A stretch of DNA of 64,000 nt from contig NC_043025.1 in assembly GCF_006345805.1 (NCBI RefSeq), positions 2,790,001 to 2,854,000 on the forward strand, given 5' to 3'. The DNA comes from Octopus sinensis. Taxonomy: Eukaryota. Position 1 is the stretch's first letter. Every line of letters begins with the position of its first letter. Positions 1 through 39,567 of the stretch are shown in pieces. A program made the translations under genes and the position numbers. The notes below the pieces were generated by a model. It searched no databases. It was not told the DNA's origin and saw nothing but the letters and a program-made list of their open reading frames with translations.

Positions 1-130
1 ATACATTTCCTGCTGTGGTTGTGTAGTCCTATCCTGGACAAACACTTCCTCTGGCAGGTGCCGCAAATGTAGCGGAGACTGTTCCTGGCTGGTTGTAATG
101 CCATAGTTTCTTGCTGATAGTGATATTGCT
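1..130 (-). mobile_element. 3' end of RTE-type LINE ORF (C-terminal Cys/His motif), cut by the window edge
   Basis: A minus frame reads YICGTCQRKCLSRIGLHNHSRKC, the CxxCxRxCxSRIGLxxHxRxC ending typical of RTE-clade ORFs. Confidence 0.55.
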
Positions 131-266
131 GCTGCTACTACAACTGCTGCTGCTGAGGATGATGATAAATATTAGTGGTTGAAAATAAACATATAAAATA
201 AACGTAGGCAAAAGAATGAAAAATCTAATAATAATTTAACACATATACATACATATATGTAATACA

Positions 267-439
267 TACAGTGAAAATTTAAACACATAAGAGGTATCAG
301 TCATACGATTCCTTGCATGCTAGAAGAAACAGCTAAAATCCAAACCACTATTAGGGATTGGTTTGGATTTTAGCTATTCTTTATAGCGTGCAAGGAATCC
401 TGTGACGGATACATTTTATGTGTTTAAATGTACACTGTA
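267..439. mobile_element. Palindromic MITE, Tc1/mariner-type ends
   Basis: TA-CAGTG...CACTG-TA termini; near-perfect hairpin (agctaaaatccaaacca / tggtttggattttagct). Confidence 0.75.
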
Positions 440-534
440 TTTATATGAATAATATATAGTCTATTGACAACTTTTTTTACACGCGAGGCCACTGGTACTA
501 AAAAATTTCTAAAAGTTTTATTACCCTGATATTA

Positions 535-596
<62 letters not shown>

Positions 597-659
597 TTAC
601 ATATATATATATATACACACAATATATATATATATATAATATATATATGTAATATAAAT

Positions 660-1650
660 TAGAGAAAAAAGCACTATTACGCAATTCAAACAATGATAGA
701 CATAAACTAAATCATAAATAATAAATATAATATATATCTAAAACATAACTTGATCACAAAAAGTATAAAAATGAGTAATCAATATATAATAAGTAAAATA
801 ACTACGTGCGTTTCATGGCTATAATTAAATTCGAATTACAATTCAATTTAAATTCAATCGAAAACCAATTCAACTTACAAATATAGTCACTTTTCAGATT
901 AATAATAATAGTTAAATAAATAAGCAAATAGAGTTAGGCAATATCTATTAAAAAATAAAATGATTTTTCTTATAGAAGAAACTCCATTAACTAAATTTGA
1001 AACTTAAAACATTAGGATCAGTTGCCTACAATACATCTATTATGTTAAATATTTAAGGTAAAAAATAAAATAGATAGAAAAATGTATTTATCTGTGAAGA
1101 TATAATTTAGCTTAATAAAAACATTAATATACTATAGAATATCTTTAACCTAGTTATACTCTAATATTTAATTACCATACTATTTTACAAAACAATCACT
1201 CTTGATACTTTTAGATTTATTTCGCATATAATAATAATACAATAATAAATATATAAAATAAGTATCTAAATTATAATCAACAAATATAATAATTAAAAAT
1301 CTATATTTTTCTATCAATAAACATATAAACAATAAATAAGTTAGTCCAGTATTACTTACATAAAAATTATAGATTTCTTTCGAAAATATTTATGAAAAAA
1401 AAAGAATTGAAAAATTCCAAAGTAAAAACGTATAACTTATCTTTATAAAATACTTATTATTACTATTATTATTACATGTCATAGTACTAGAATATAATAA
1501 GACTAGGAATATAATTAGAATCTTATAGTTAAATTAAAACATTTTTACAATCTAGATCCCAAAGTGACTAACTAATATTTTAAAATTTACGTTCAGATGT
1601 AATAATTATAAATTAATAATAATTAAATAAATGTACATATCTAAATTATC
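660..1650 (-). mobile_element. Degenerate AT-rich Penelope-like remnant with hammerhead-like motif at 803-897
   Basis: Minus-strand CTGAAAA-stem-GAAACGCACGTA motif next to decayed coding-like AT-rich sequence. Confidence 0.4.
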
Positions 1651-2141
1651 ATTAACATGTGTGTTTGTATGTTTGTGGACGCGCCTGTGTATGTGCGCGC
1701 GCGCGTCTGTATGGTCTCTATGTATGTATTGATTTCATTGACTGCTAACAGTCAAATGTGCCTGCGTTTTGGCGTCGTTGTGTAATTGGCATTATTGACA
1801 CCTGTAATTAACAAATATATAATAAGAGCCATACTAAAGTAAAGAAATTATGCTTTTCACGCATCACTGTTGATATATTGGAATCCATTTTCGATAAATA
1901 GAAGTTTGTCTGGTCAGTCGATGGTCAGTTTTATTCAAAAGGTGTAATTTAGATTTCTGGTATTAGGATGTAATTATCTTTAAAACCAATTAGATTGCCA
2001 TGCCTTACAAAAGCTACGGTACCTGTTGTTTACGCTTATTCTATCTACCTATCTATTACCTATCTATCTATGTATCTCTCTCTCTCTCTTTCTCTATCTA
2101 TCTATTTATTTATCAATCTAACTGCATATATTTTATTACAG

Positions 2142-27578
<25,437 letters not shown>

Positions 27579-28821
27579 GTAAAAATCGAAACAGAGCCTC
27601 CAAGAGTCATGTTTGATAATATTTTATATGTTAAAATAATATATTTTTCATATATATATTATATTACATATATTTCCTGGTAAAAAAACTATATCTGTAC
27701 CTTCTTATACAACACTTTGCAACCGAGAGACTGTATAATCTTCAATAAATGTAATCTAAACAAGTTTCATGGCCCCACTATTGCTTGAAACAGAGGAAAA
27801 TAGAAAATGTTAATTGATTTGAAAGTATATTAATATTTTTTTCTTATTGCCAATTTAATGTCATCAATGTAAGCTTTAAATTTTTTTAATAAAGGGTTAA
27901 ATATGACGTGTTGCTACTTTCGTTTTTGTTTTAGATGAAATACTGTAATACTGCAGTCTGAGTTCAAATACCGCCTGGAGAGACTGATTTTATCCGTTAT
28001 TTTAATCATTTCACTAAAAAGTTGAAAATATTCAAGATGTATCTTGCTGATTAGTTTTATAATCATTTACCTAATTAGCTTTATCAGGTCTTGCAGCTGT
28101 CATTATTCCAGCAATGAACTTAATCCAATAATGAACATTTCACAAACGCTACATTCCAATCAAAGAACTGAGTATTTCCGGTTGTTCACATTCATGTCTA
28201 CTTTCATTCGATAGACGTAACACAAACACTTGACTGCGCATGTCTGTATGTCTACATTGATGTATTTTCTAAGTTAAATTCTCTGCCTGATCTACAGGCT
28301 CATTAGGCCCCAGAATATATCGGTATCCAATGTATTTCAAGTCACGACGATACAAGAAACCCCACCGAACGAGATGCCAGTCTGTCGCAAGTTTAACCCT
28401 CGGTTGTTGGTGGTACTTCTTTTCAGATGAGTGCACTGGAAGTGTCTTTCTTGTAGACACAACACACCGAACCAATAGTCCATGCGCCAATATATATATG
28501 TAGGAGCCACTTCATACTGTAAACAGGTTCACCACGCACTATGTACAATCCTCTATTGAAAAATCTATAGTAACCGCCATGATCTTTCCCCTTTGTTTCT
28601 TACTTTCTGGCATCACAACCATTCCAGCAAACTTCAGCATCCAGAACTCGCAAAAGGGAAGGTAAAAAAGTATTTTTATATCTATCGTTTTTTTTCTTGT
28701 TTTTTTTCGCATCTTACGATATGATAATTTTAAAGAATGAATCGGGTTAGAATTACTAGTTATCGAAATTTCTTTTAATTCAAGCTTCACATTCTTATTT
28801 ACTTTGTAATACATAGGGATG

Positions 28822-28890
28822 GGCCGCTTACCTTAATGGTAGAGCACTCAGCCGGTATCCTAGGGATACGGGTTCGCGTGCCGTATCCGC
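28822..28890 (+). mobile_element. tRNA-like SINE head
   Basis: A-box-like TAATGGTAGAGC and B-box-like GGTTCGCGTGCC inside the hairpin GGATACGG/CCGTATCC; a family 2 tail follows after (TA)n. Confidence 0.45.
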
Positions 28891-28905
28891 TTTCTGGCAA
28901 TTTTA

Positions 28906-28970
<65 letters not shown>

Positions 28971-29564
28971 GTTTCGGGGTCTCTTTATGTCAGTGATTGT
29001 TTCCCTAACACCACTTGCCAACCAGTGTTTGCGTGTAGCTTAGTGTTTCGGCAAATGGCACCGATAGACCAAATAGTAGACTTTAAAACATACGTCCTAA
29101 ACCATTTAAGTTGGTGCTCCAGTATGGCCGCAGTCAAATGACTGAAACATGTAAGAGAAAAGAAGAGTATATAAATATGTATATAGTTTACAGATCCAAC
29201 AGAGGAAGAATCAGCAGAAAAAGTCCCTCGTCAAGTGAGAGATAAATATCCATTTAAATACTCAACCGAAAGAGCTACTAGTAGTTCCAAGATTTTATCA
29301 TACTTGACCAGGCATATTTACAAAATGTGCCATTTATTAGAAAGTAACCTTTCAGCCTCTGTTTATGCTTTAAATATATTTTGAGAAGCAAGAATGCTGG
29401 ACAGTAAGAAAGTAAGATAAAACACCGCAAAAATACTTGAAGAAAGAAGAAACGAAAGACAAATAATCAAGAAAACTAAAATCCTCACCCACTCCACATT
29501 ATTTTTTTCTTATTTTCCTTGACTTTTTAAATATATTTAATGCTTAAACAGATCCCTTTTTTAC

Positions 29565-29770
29565 TATAGGCACGAGGCCTGGATTTTGTGGTGAGGGGTA
29601 TTAAGTCGATTACATTGACCCCGGAGTTTCACTGGTACTTAATTTATCGACCCCGAAAGGATGAAAGGTAAAGTCAACCTCGGCGGAATTTAAACTCAGA
29701 ACATGAAGACAGAAGATATACCGCTTGGCGTTTCGCGCGGCATGCTAACAATTCAGCCAGCTCGCCACCT
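29565..29770 (-). mobile_element. SINE family 1
   Basis: Reverse complement of the consensus core (ttatcgaccccgaaaggatgaaagg.aaagtc.acctcggcggaatt). Confidence 0.85.
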
Positions 29771-30042
29771 GGAAATGCAGGTAATACTCATTTTTGGAAG
29801 CTGAGTTGACTGGAGGAACGTGAAACAAATTGTCTTGCTCAAGGATACAACAAACCGCCAGGAATCGAACTCGTGACCCTTCGATTCTGAGCGGAATACA
29901 CTAAACACCAAGACAGGCGCTTTCTTATAACGCTTAAACGGATCCTGAAAGATACACAGCATATTTTATAAATACGCTTGTTGAAGTAACAAAAAGCACG
30001 AAACTATAAACTCTTTCGCCAGTGTACTTACACACACACACG

Positions 30043-30088
<46 letters not shown>

Positions 30089-30689
30089 GGTATATATATT
30101 AATCAATGGAATTACAACACAGTCCGATGTTCATGTTTCAATATTTACAATTTTCACAATTTTACAATCTTATAATAATAGAATATGAACTTTACTTGAG
30201 AATATTATATATTTATCGTAATAAAACTAGTACTTTCATGCATTACGCACTCATCAGGTTTATCTAGTAGTAAGGACAGTCACGTTCCAGAATTGACAAC
30301 TGTAGGGAAATGGTTAAATTTCTCCTTTAATGAACTTTAGAAGGGCTGTAGCAGGCTGAATCTTATGAAATGTATTTTGACCAATCAGTATTTGACTTAG
30401 ATGTGACGGTTTGGTGATTGCGCCAACTTGGTTAGCATATACCTCACTTCTTTCAAGGAAATATCTTAACCAATTGGTGTGCAGCTTATATGTCACGGTT
30501 TGGTGGGCACGTCAAGAATTCTTAACTTTGATGGCACCTTTTCCAAAAGTTTCCCAAATAGTTTACACTTCAACCGATTCGATGTTGACATGGTTAACAC
30601 TAGTATCATAATCACCATCATTTTCCTTATTCTTGTTAGTGGTTGAGCTGGTAGAAGTGGTGGTACTGTTGTTGTTGTTGGTGGTGGTG

Positions 30690-30759
30690 GTGGTAGCATT
30701 AATAGCAGTAGTATCTATTATTATTATTATTATCATCATCATCGTCATCGTCATTATTA

Positions 30760-30810
<51 letters not shown>

Positions 30811-31012
30811 CATCATCATCATCATCATTATTATTATTATTATTATGATTATCATCATCATCATTATTATTATCATTATTATTATTATTATTATCATCAT
30901 CATCATCATTATTATTATTATTATGATTATCATCATCATTATTATTATCATTATTATTATTATTATTATCATCATCATCATCATCATCATTATTATTATT
31001 ATTATTATGATT

Positions 31013-31050
<38 letters not shown>

Positions 31051-31080
31051 TCCAGTTATCACCGTTACTATAACTATTAT
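30690..31080. repeat. Long compound (TAT)n/(CAT)n microsatellite
   Basis: Direct reading; source of the poly-I, poly-M and poly-D/N ORFs. Confidence 0.97.
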
Positions 31081-31649
31081 TAGTTTTGTCCATTGAAAAA
31101 TGGGTTTAATTTATCAATAAAATTCTTTTCTCTAACGTTTCGCTCGGCTTGTCTTCAGTTGTGTAGACCACAAGTTGCCCGTGGTCGGTTAAAGGGATCA
31201 TCTGGCCGACATCAGGATCTCTAATTTGCTGTTGGAGCACTACGTTGAACCAATTCCATAGTAACAAGTTTCTTTTTGTTTTCAGGTGATCAAAGTATTC
31301 ATTTGATTCTTCAAAACTGTATCTGAAATCTGGGACATAAATTTAGAATATGGTTAGCATTCCCTGTGGCATCGATAGAAACACTCATTAGTCTCTCTTA
31401 ATAAGAGACGTAGGAATTTATGTATTTTGCGAATATGTTTTTCTCCCATTAAAGCTACTCCCTGTCATGTAATCTTATCTCTTCTGCATAAATAAATGGT
31501 AACATACTGAACCATTTCAAACGCGATACCTTGCAGATAAGAAAGGACATTTCAAACCCAGTAAAGCTGTAGAGATAGCAGAGAAAGTCTGGGTACTCTT
31601 ATGAGAAGGAAAAAAGTTGCACTCGGACCCGTATCCCTCAGACATCGAC

Positions 31650-33180
31650 TGAGTAGGCGATAGGTAATTTGAATCCTGATAACTTCACCCGCGGTATTTT
31701 GACTCCGGTAATTTGATTACCAGTCAGTTTCACTCCCGATATTAGAAAAAATAAAACGTTGAATAAGGATAAAATAATTAGTCGAGGAAAACTAAAAGTT
31801 TCAATAAAAATGAAGGCTAGGGGCCATTGCTCGTACAAAAGCCATCTTATTTTCGGGACTATGTCGCTCAATACTTATCCGTTTGCTTATATCCTTTCTT
31901 TTTATTTTTGTTTGGTCTTGCAGATTCCACCTCCATCAAATTCAACCTTTCTCAGCTGTGCCAAGTGTTCTTCCCTTTTCAATGCAGTAATTATCTCCAT
32001 ATATTCGGATGTGAACAAATTAAGGAAATTTGTAGGGCGTTGTGAAATCCCTCTAAAAGGTTATTAGTGCGAGGCATATCCGATTCTGTTTTAAAGCGGA
32101 CATTCCAACTACCAATGTGAAACAAGGGAGAAGTCCTTTGTGGTCTGATTCCTTTACTTTGCACTCATCTTAGGTACGATAATCCAAAGTAGGTCACAAG
32201 TTCTTGCGGAAGATCATCGTCATCTACAAGATTTTCGACTCCGTCAATCTCATCATCGAGACGAAGAATTAGCAACGCTTAAAACCATCTGATTTTAATG
32301 CTAAACTCATTATCATGATGGTATCTTTCCTTCAAGCCAAATTCACCTGTTTTCTGTATATATTTTGTGACAGATGAAAAAGACAGCATGAGATGGAAGT
32401 AGTAGGAAACAGATAAAATGCTATTAATATGAGCTTTTTCAAAATCCCCCATAACATCTTCAGGGCTCAGTCTTTGGAGTAATTCATTTAGCTTATAAAA
32501 AAGGTGGGTGTAAGTTTATTGATTTGGTGGGGGGTAATGCAAACAATTGCGGAACACTGAATAACCCCACCTGAATATGTAACATGGATTTTGAAGCACA
32601 TGAACAATGAGGATCTTCACCAATGTGCTGAATTATGGTATGATCTTCATCATGTATCCTAATGTGCACTCGAGCGTTACAGGACTTAATTTCGAATTTC
32701 CTGTAAGTCTTAGATTCATCGGCTTTTTGTTTTTGTGCTTATAATATGTAATTCATGTCATCCAGAAGTCTCTTCCTTCCGCGGATACTGTCAAAAACGT
32801 GAGGCATGGTGTAAGTATATTTCCTTTATTAGTAACTTTTATATCCTTGTAAGTTTGATAAATAATTTAACGAAGTATTTACACGAACGCACGAGGCTTC
32901 CTGTTATACGATGTTACACGGCTCACAGCGAATTGCTTACCAATCAACTCCTGATAACTTGACAGTTCTTTATTCATAGCAACTGTGACAATTCACTTTT
33001 AATCATACGGGAGTTGTCGGAATCCTTCCACAACAGTAACGAATGAGGCAAGGATGGATCACGGATAAACCTGTAAACTCTTTAAATAAAACATCCGAAT
33101 GGATAACTGAAAAGGTACTTTCAGTTAACTGAATTACTCTGTAAATAATCAATCGAATAGGTGACTGAAATGATTACCTT
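31650..33180 (-). mobile_element. Degenerate Mutator-like (MULE) transposon with FLYWCH-type N-terminus
   Basis: Minus-strand translation: KADESKTYRKFEIKSCNARVH (about 32650-32730), DFEKAHIN..CCLFHLSQNI (about 32360-32450), SWNV..PRTNNLLEGFH..HPNIWRLI (about 31990-32120); about 15-bp subterminal repeats at 31660-31740. Confidence 0.8.
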
Positions 33181-35719
33181 GTATATCATCAGCATCATCA
33201 TCATCATCAGCAGCAGCAGCAGCCGCAGCAACAACAACAACAATAATAATAAGTAGAGCACTTAAAAGGTGCAAACATCCGCCGAGACAATACCAACATC
33301 CTCTCAACGATGAGCCAGAGATTATTTTTAGAATGAGAATATCTGAAATAAACCCGACTGCTCTCCCAAACGAGAATAATAAAAGTGAACTCGACCGCTC
33401 TCAAAAATAAGATGGAGCAAACAACTTAATGCTGAAAACGGCAGGATCCGCATACTTCGCCTTGATGAACGACTCTCACCTCTCTGACTCGTAAATAATT
33501 TATGGCACCAATTTATGAAAAGAAATGAGCCTCCAGAAATACATAACGCGTAACGTTATTGGACCTTCGATCCAGCGCCCGCGCAACACTCAGCTAATCA
33601 CAACACAGGGTTCAATAAATGTCCAATGACTTATATGATAGTTATTTTAACTAATCTCAACAGAGAAGCGTGGTGAGCTTTCAGAAACTAACTTAATGTT
33701 TTCAAATATACAATAATAGAAATTGGTCTCGCTACACATCTATCACGTCCATATGTTTAGAATATTGCTATTGGTCAGAATTTTACTATTCGTCTAGGCA
33801 TTATAGTGGAATATGCAAGGGAACAGCACTTCCCTTCTTGAAGCCCATAGCCAAGATGTGGATGTAACTAATCCAGAATTTTATTCTTCGATAAACCTTG
33901 TGCTAACCGTTACTGTTTATAATCTACTAGTTCCATTTATATATTTTGTTTGTATAGAATTCAACATCTTCGTGCACTCACGTATTAAAGCTTGCTTGTC
34001 AGCCTGTACGTATTACAAATTGTCTGTTGTGTCATATTTTCACAAGATTCTAAGTACTGCAACTCCGTGTGACAAGCACCCATTATAGGTTAAGTGTTAC
34101 GTACTGATGTATGGAACAGATATGTAGGTGTCTGTAGATGTGTTTTTGAACACTGTGATCCGGCAGAGTTAGTTTCATAACGAGGTTGTTCGTCATAGTG
34201 CTTGTAGTATATTGGGGGCTCATCGTTGTAGAACCTATGGAGATTGTGGGCAACGGTATGGAGGAGGGGCCATATCAGGACCGAAAGGCAGAGAGAAACA
34301 GATCAAGGAGAAGTAAGTTATGGGGTGAAAAATAATGAAGAATGATTATGTTTGTGTTTCACAATGAAGAGAGAAAATATGTTAAACGAAAGAGCGGAGA
34401 TGAAAAACAATTATAAAAATGTTGAACGTCTTTGCTGGCTTAATTCTCCACGCGCAGGGAAGCAACATGTGATATGAGAGAGAGAGAGAGAGAAGCATGG
34501 ACTGATGAGGAAAGTGTATGGGAGAGGCAAAGCTACAAGAGAGAGGAGAGAGAGAGAGAAGTAGCAAAAGATACAGAGAGTGAGTGAAGGAGAAATGTCA
34601 TGGAGACAGATTTGTTTTCTTCACTGAAAGGAGAATAGAGAAAATATGTGTTCACAGATAATAACGAAGTGAGGAAATATATATTTAAAAACTTTTTTCC
34701 TTTATTTCAGTCATGAGACTGCAGCCATGCTGGAGGAGGTGGAGGGCCCCTGGAATAAGTTTTAGTCGAACGAATTGACCCTAGTACTTTTTTCTCAGTA
34801 TGGTGAAAATTGCCCAAAGTGCCATGTCACACGTTGAGACAAAAAAAAAGCCGGAATTATGTGGTTGGGAAGCAAACCTAATATTGATGGTCTCAGACGA
34901 AATATTGGAAAAATGAATAGCATTATATACAGATTAATTACACAAAGCAAAGGAAATAATCACACTGAATGGTTCTTATGTTGAACATGTCAAAGCGAGT
35001 TGTGTAGTATCCGTCGCACTAGACAGACAGGTTAGAAAAGACAGGTCACGCTAGCATGTATAGCATTTGAAAGGTTTAAGAAACAGGATCTGGAGCTTGT
35101 AGGACATCAGCCAGCGATGAATTGATAGGTTGTACATTTTTGTTTCTCTAAATAGGATCTAGGAATATGGACCCTAAAGTTCAAAAATACACATAGGTAA
35201 GAGGTTATTAAAACGTGTTTAAAACTAAAGAGATATTATAATGAGAGTGGCGTAATTTATAAAAGAAACGTTATTTACATGACATAAACCAGAACTGAAG
35301 TAGTCAGATGGAAGAGGGTGAAATGGTGCGACCATCTAATTAGAAGGAAAGTAAAAGATAATTCCTTAGTTCAGTCGATGTACCAAGACATCTAAAACCA
35401 CAGGCCATTTAATAAGCAGTAGAAATGACAGAGCTGTTACGATACACGGTTACATATCTTTTAACAGCAGAGCATAAAAGAAGGGCGTAGCGGTGTTCCG
35501 GCTGGCAAGAGAGCGACCAATGATCCGGAAAACAGAAGAGGCTAAAAAGCACACACATACATACATACATACATATGCACGCATACACACACGCACACAG
35601 AAATAGACACATGGACTATTGGTTCGGTGCGTTCTGTCCACGAGAAAAACACTTCCAATGCAGTCATCTGAGAAGAAATACCAGCAACACCCAGGGGTTA
35701 AACTTGCAACAGACTGGCA

Positions 35720-36700
35720 TCTCTTTTAGTGGGGTGTCTTTTATCCCCGAGTGTTGGAATATGTTGGATCCCGAGAGAGACTGCGGCCTAATGGGCCTGA
35801 ATATCATGTAGAGAATATAACAAAGAAAATACTTCAATGAAGACATTGAGGCGTGCGCAGTCTCGTGTTAGTGTAACATTGATGGAGTGAAAGTAGACAT
35901 GAACGTGTAGAAGACAAATCTACGTCCGGTGCTTTGATTGGAATGTAGCTGTTTGTGAAATGTTGATTACTTGAACAATGACAGTTGAATGACCTGATAA
36001 TACTAATTAGATAAATGATCGTAAATCTAATCAACATGATACATTTTGCAAGTTTTAACATTTTAGTGGAATGTTTAAAACAACAAATGGAATCAATGCA
36101 TCTTCCGGTGGTATTTGATCTTAGTCTGCGGTATTACAGTATTTCATCTAGAAAACGAACGGTAGCAACAGATCAGATTTAACCTTTTATTTAACAATTC
36201 TAAAGCTTACATTGATAACATTAAATTGGCAAGAAGATAGAATATCAATATAATTTCAAATCATGCAATATTTTCTGTTTCAAGCCATAGTGAGGCCCTG
36301 AAACTTGCTTAAATTACAATATGGTGGATTGGATTATACAGTCTCATGCATGCATAGTGTTGTATTGAAACGTACAATTATAGTGTCGTTACAAGGAAAA
36401 CATATTTCATATTATATATGGAGAAAATATTATTTTATATTATTTATGAAGAAAATATTTTTTCATATTATATATGGAGAAAATATTATTTGGTATTATA
36501 TATGGAGAAAATTTTATTTTGTATTATATATGCAGAAAATATCGTTTTATTGCATAAAATATCATCAAAGACGATTCTTGGAGGCTCTTTTTCGATTTTC
36601 ATTCAAAAGTTTGTTTCTACTGTTCTATCCTCTGTTCCATTACCAGTTCTTGAACCTGGAAACATAATGAAAAAACATAAAAGATAAAATTTTAAGCACA
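35720..36700 (-). repeat. Inverted paralogue of the gene A terminal exon and 3' region (about 27500-28370)
   Basis: Colinear, diverged reverse-complement similarity, e.g. ttcatgtctactttca and aggc(t/c)cattaggcc blocks. Confidence 0.8.
36410..36549. repeat. 28-bp minisatellite x5 (tattatatatggagaaaatattatttta)
   Basis: Five colinear imperfect units just downstream of the gene C stop codon. Confidence 0.9.
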
Positions 36701-36879
36701 TTAATTACCGGATAGTATTAATTTGCATATATGTATATGTTTATTTCTTACTATTTGAACTGTTAGAGCTATTTTCGCTATGTATCCAGTGCAACCCTTA
36801 AACAAGTAAATAATATTTCCCTAAACAATAGATCAGCGTATTTCAGTTAGTGACTTATTCACGAATATACCATGAATGA

Positions 36880-37190
36880 CGATGCCTTTCACGTTACTTC
36901 AGCCAATTGACAAGCGCTGATGGAAGAACTGTTCTGCTTTTAGACAAATACACTGTCAACACAAAGGTCACATCCTGTTTACATGTAGGAACACTTTCTT
37001 AAAATCTATCTGTACATCTTGAAAATGGCCAGCATGCATATTTCACAGAAGACAATGCTCGAAACGTAGATATGAATTCATGAGGAACTACTTTGACATC
37101 TTTCTTCAAATTATGCCAATGTGATCTGTTTGCCCGAACACTGTTGTACGTAGAGATCCCCGTGTACTCTACCTGGGCACACAATATATA
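36880..37190 (+). mobile_element. Helitron RepHel coding remnant
   Basis: A plus frame reads LENGQHAYFTEDNA...*GTTLTSFFKLCQCDLFARTLLYVEIPVYSTW, matching the Helitron LENGQRVYF..TTLTAFF.LC..D.FA.TLLY.E.P.YYTW block. Confidence 0.8.
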
Positions 37191-37429
37191 TATGCACACA
37201 TATATTTATTTTTTTTTTTAAATAATAAATTAAATGACCATCCCGAAATATGTGTGTGTATATGTATGTATATTTTTACATTTTCTCGACAATATATAAT
37301 TTGTTATGAGATTTGACTAGTAAAAATGCTACTGTCTGTTTCGCGGCCTCTATTGTTGCATTTCGTCAATATTGACCAATACTTAGACATACTGACCGGA
37401 TGCGCATAAACCTCATTTATGCCGGAAAT

Positions 37430-38170
37430 AGACAGATTTATAATGGTTTGTCAGTGGTAAAATGAAATGAATGGAAACAAAGTGAAAAAAATTATATCAT
37501 TGTTCGGCAATGGGATATGCTTTGTTCCTCTTGTATATCCCTTAGACATGAGTTAAAGCGTATGAGCTGTGTGTGTATCTATCGATCCTAATTCAAAATT
37601 TAATATGATCACTTCGAACAAAATGAAATTCCGCTGAGGAAAATTATTTGCAGCACTAAATATTTTTCCTGTTTGAATTAAAGCAAGTACTGGAATTGTG
37701 TGAATTATTCTGCCCAGTAGAGTCTGCATCTTCTACTTCTATACAAAATAAGAACACATTTTTGCCCTCGGTTAATTAGTATAATTAAAAAGAAAATGAG
37801 CAAAGACAAACAGTTCCGTAGGGACAAGAAACGGAAAAGCGCAAAATAAAATGCTGATATATTGAAATTATCCAAGCTTTTAGAAAATGTAAATAAAAAG
37901 TTGTATGTATGAGAAGGAGGGGGAGAGCCTGTGTGCTTGTGTGCGCGCGTGCGTGTCCTAAGGTATCAGCCATTGTGGTTGATGATGACGACAACGACGA
38001 AGAGGATGGTAATGGTGATTGATGAAGCTAATTATGACGGTAATGGTGATAAAAAAATTAAGAAACACGATACTTACTTTCATCAAGGAATTTCGTGTAA
38101 CTTTTCTGGACTCCTAAGTTAAGGAATGCCTGGGATTTGTTCAAAACTTGGGAGATATTGCGCCGCAGTT
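37430..38170 (-). repeat. Direct paralogous block matching about 50640-51250 (SEA exon and downstream intron)
   Basis: Shared aaattatttgcagcactaaata and agaacacatttttgccctcg blocks. Confidence 0.85.
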
Positions 38171-39074
38171 CACTTTGAACACTTAAAGAAATTAATTGTT
38201 TTATTTCAATTATTTTTTATATTCAAATATAGCATAGGATTGGATCATCATAGTTAAAATAAGCGCATTCAGTATGGTTGAGAACAGAATTAATGAAGAA
38301 GGCTAGAACTACAAGCGGGTGACTAAAAGTTGGCCTTAAGAATATATTCGTCCAGTACCGTGGCTTGCCCTCTTTAGCATGTAAGAAATCCACATGGTGG
38401 TCTTCCCTCTGTGTATAAATTTTTATATACATTTTATATATATATATATATAATTTCCTCGTTGGTTTTAAATTGCGTGTTAGCCACCTTAAATGTTTTA
38501 TAATCTTCACATAGCCATTTTGTGAAATCAATGACTCATTCTTATGGCCTTCTCAGTGATACCGACAGGCGGGAGTTAGCCTCCACCAGCAGTAATGGAG
38601 TGAGCATTGCTGATGAGTATTAACTTCCTATAAGAAATTACCATGCTAATCTAATCCATCTGGCTTACCGTCGGGAATGCTGTCCGCCCCTGTCAATGCA
38701 CCATGTGTTTTTATGGCTAAGGTGTCTATGACTATAATTTAACACACTCCCCGGTAAAAGGTTGCAAGACACAACGAAAAGTTTTAGGAAAATAAAAATA
38801 AGAAATACGTTGAAATGTTACTGGTGAGTGTGTTCAACTATAAGGCACAAAAAGAAAATGGTTCTCCCCAGACATAACAGAATATGCTTCAACACACGAA
38901 CTCATATAAATAATTTTGGAAACCAAATCCCAAAACGAAATAGTCTATGACTAATATTTCGAACAATGCTGGTGCTCATTGCACTCTTGTCACTTTTAGT
39001 GACTGTGAATTATTTCTATGTTGGTCTTAAAATGCTGATAGCAACCATAATTTATATATACACTCAGACATACA

Positions 39075-39187
<113 letters not shown>

Positions 39188-39518
39188 CGTTCGTATATGT
39201 AAATATATCGTATGTTGTATATGTATATATTTGTAATTATTTGCTTTTCTGCGTATATTCCACTGATGAAAGCAGAACATTTCTTATGCAGAGTCAGAAA
39301 TCCGGGATCTGGAATTATCCAGTAATTTTTGCTAGTTTATTTTGTCTCATCGTCTTCTCTCCTGGTGCTCTATGAACATTTAATGTGGTTTAGTCAAGAT
39401 TTGACTGCTATTACCATATATTATAATTTTAAGTAATTATTACCTTTGATTGTTTTTTCCCATGCTGGCCACTTGATAAAATCGATATTTAAATATTGAT
39501 CTTATCCTTCTGTGAGTG

Positions 39519-39559
<41 letters not shown>

Positions 39560-39567
<8 letters not shown>

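Noticed and set aside
27935-27950. Alternative terminal exon for gene A (ttttag|ATGAAATACTGTAA, giving NEIL*)
   Set aside because: The 27526 exon has a better acceptor, a PDZ-like end and an exact paralogue; this site lies in the shared 3' region.
28822-28890. Functional tRNA gene
   Set aside because: No complete cloverleaf or acceptor stem; followed by a SINE body.
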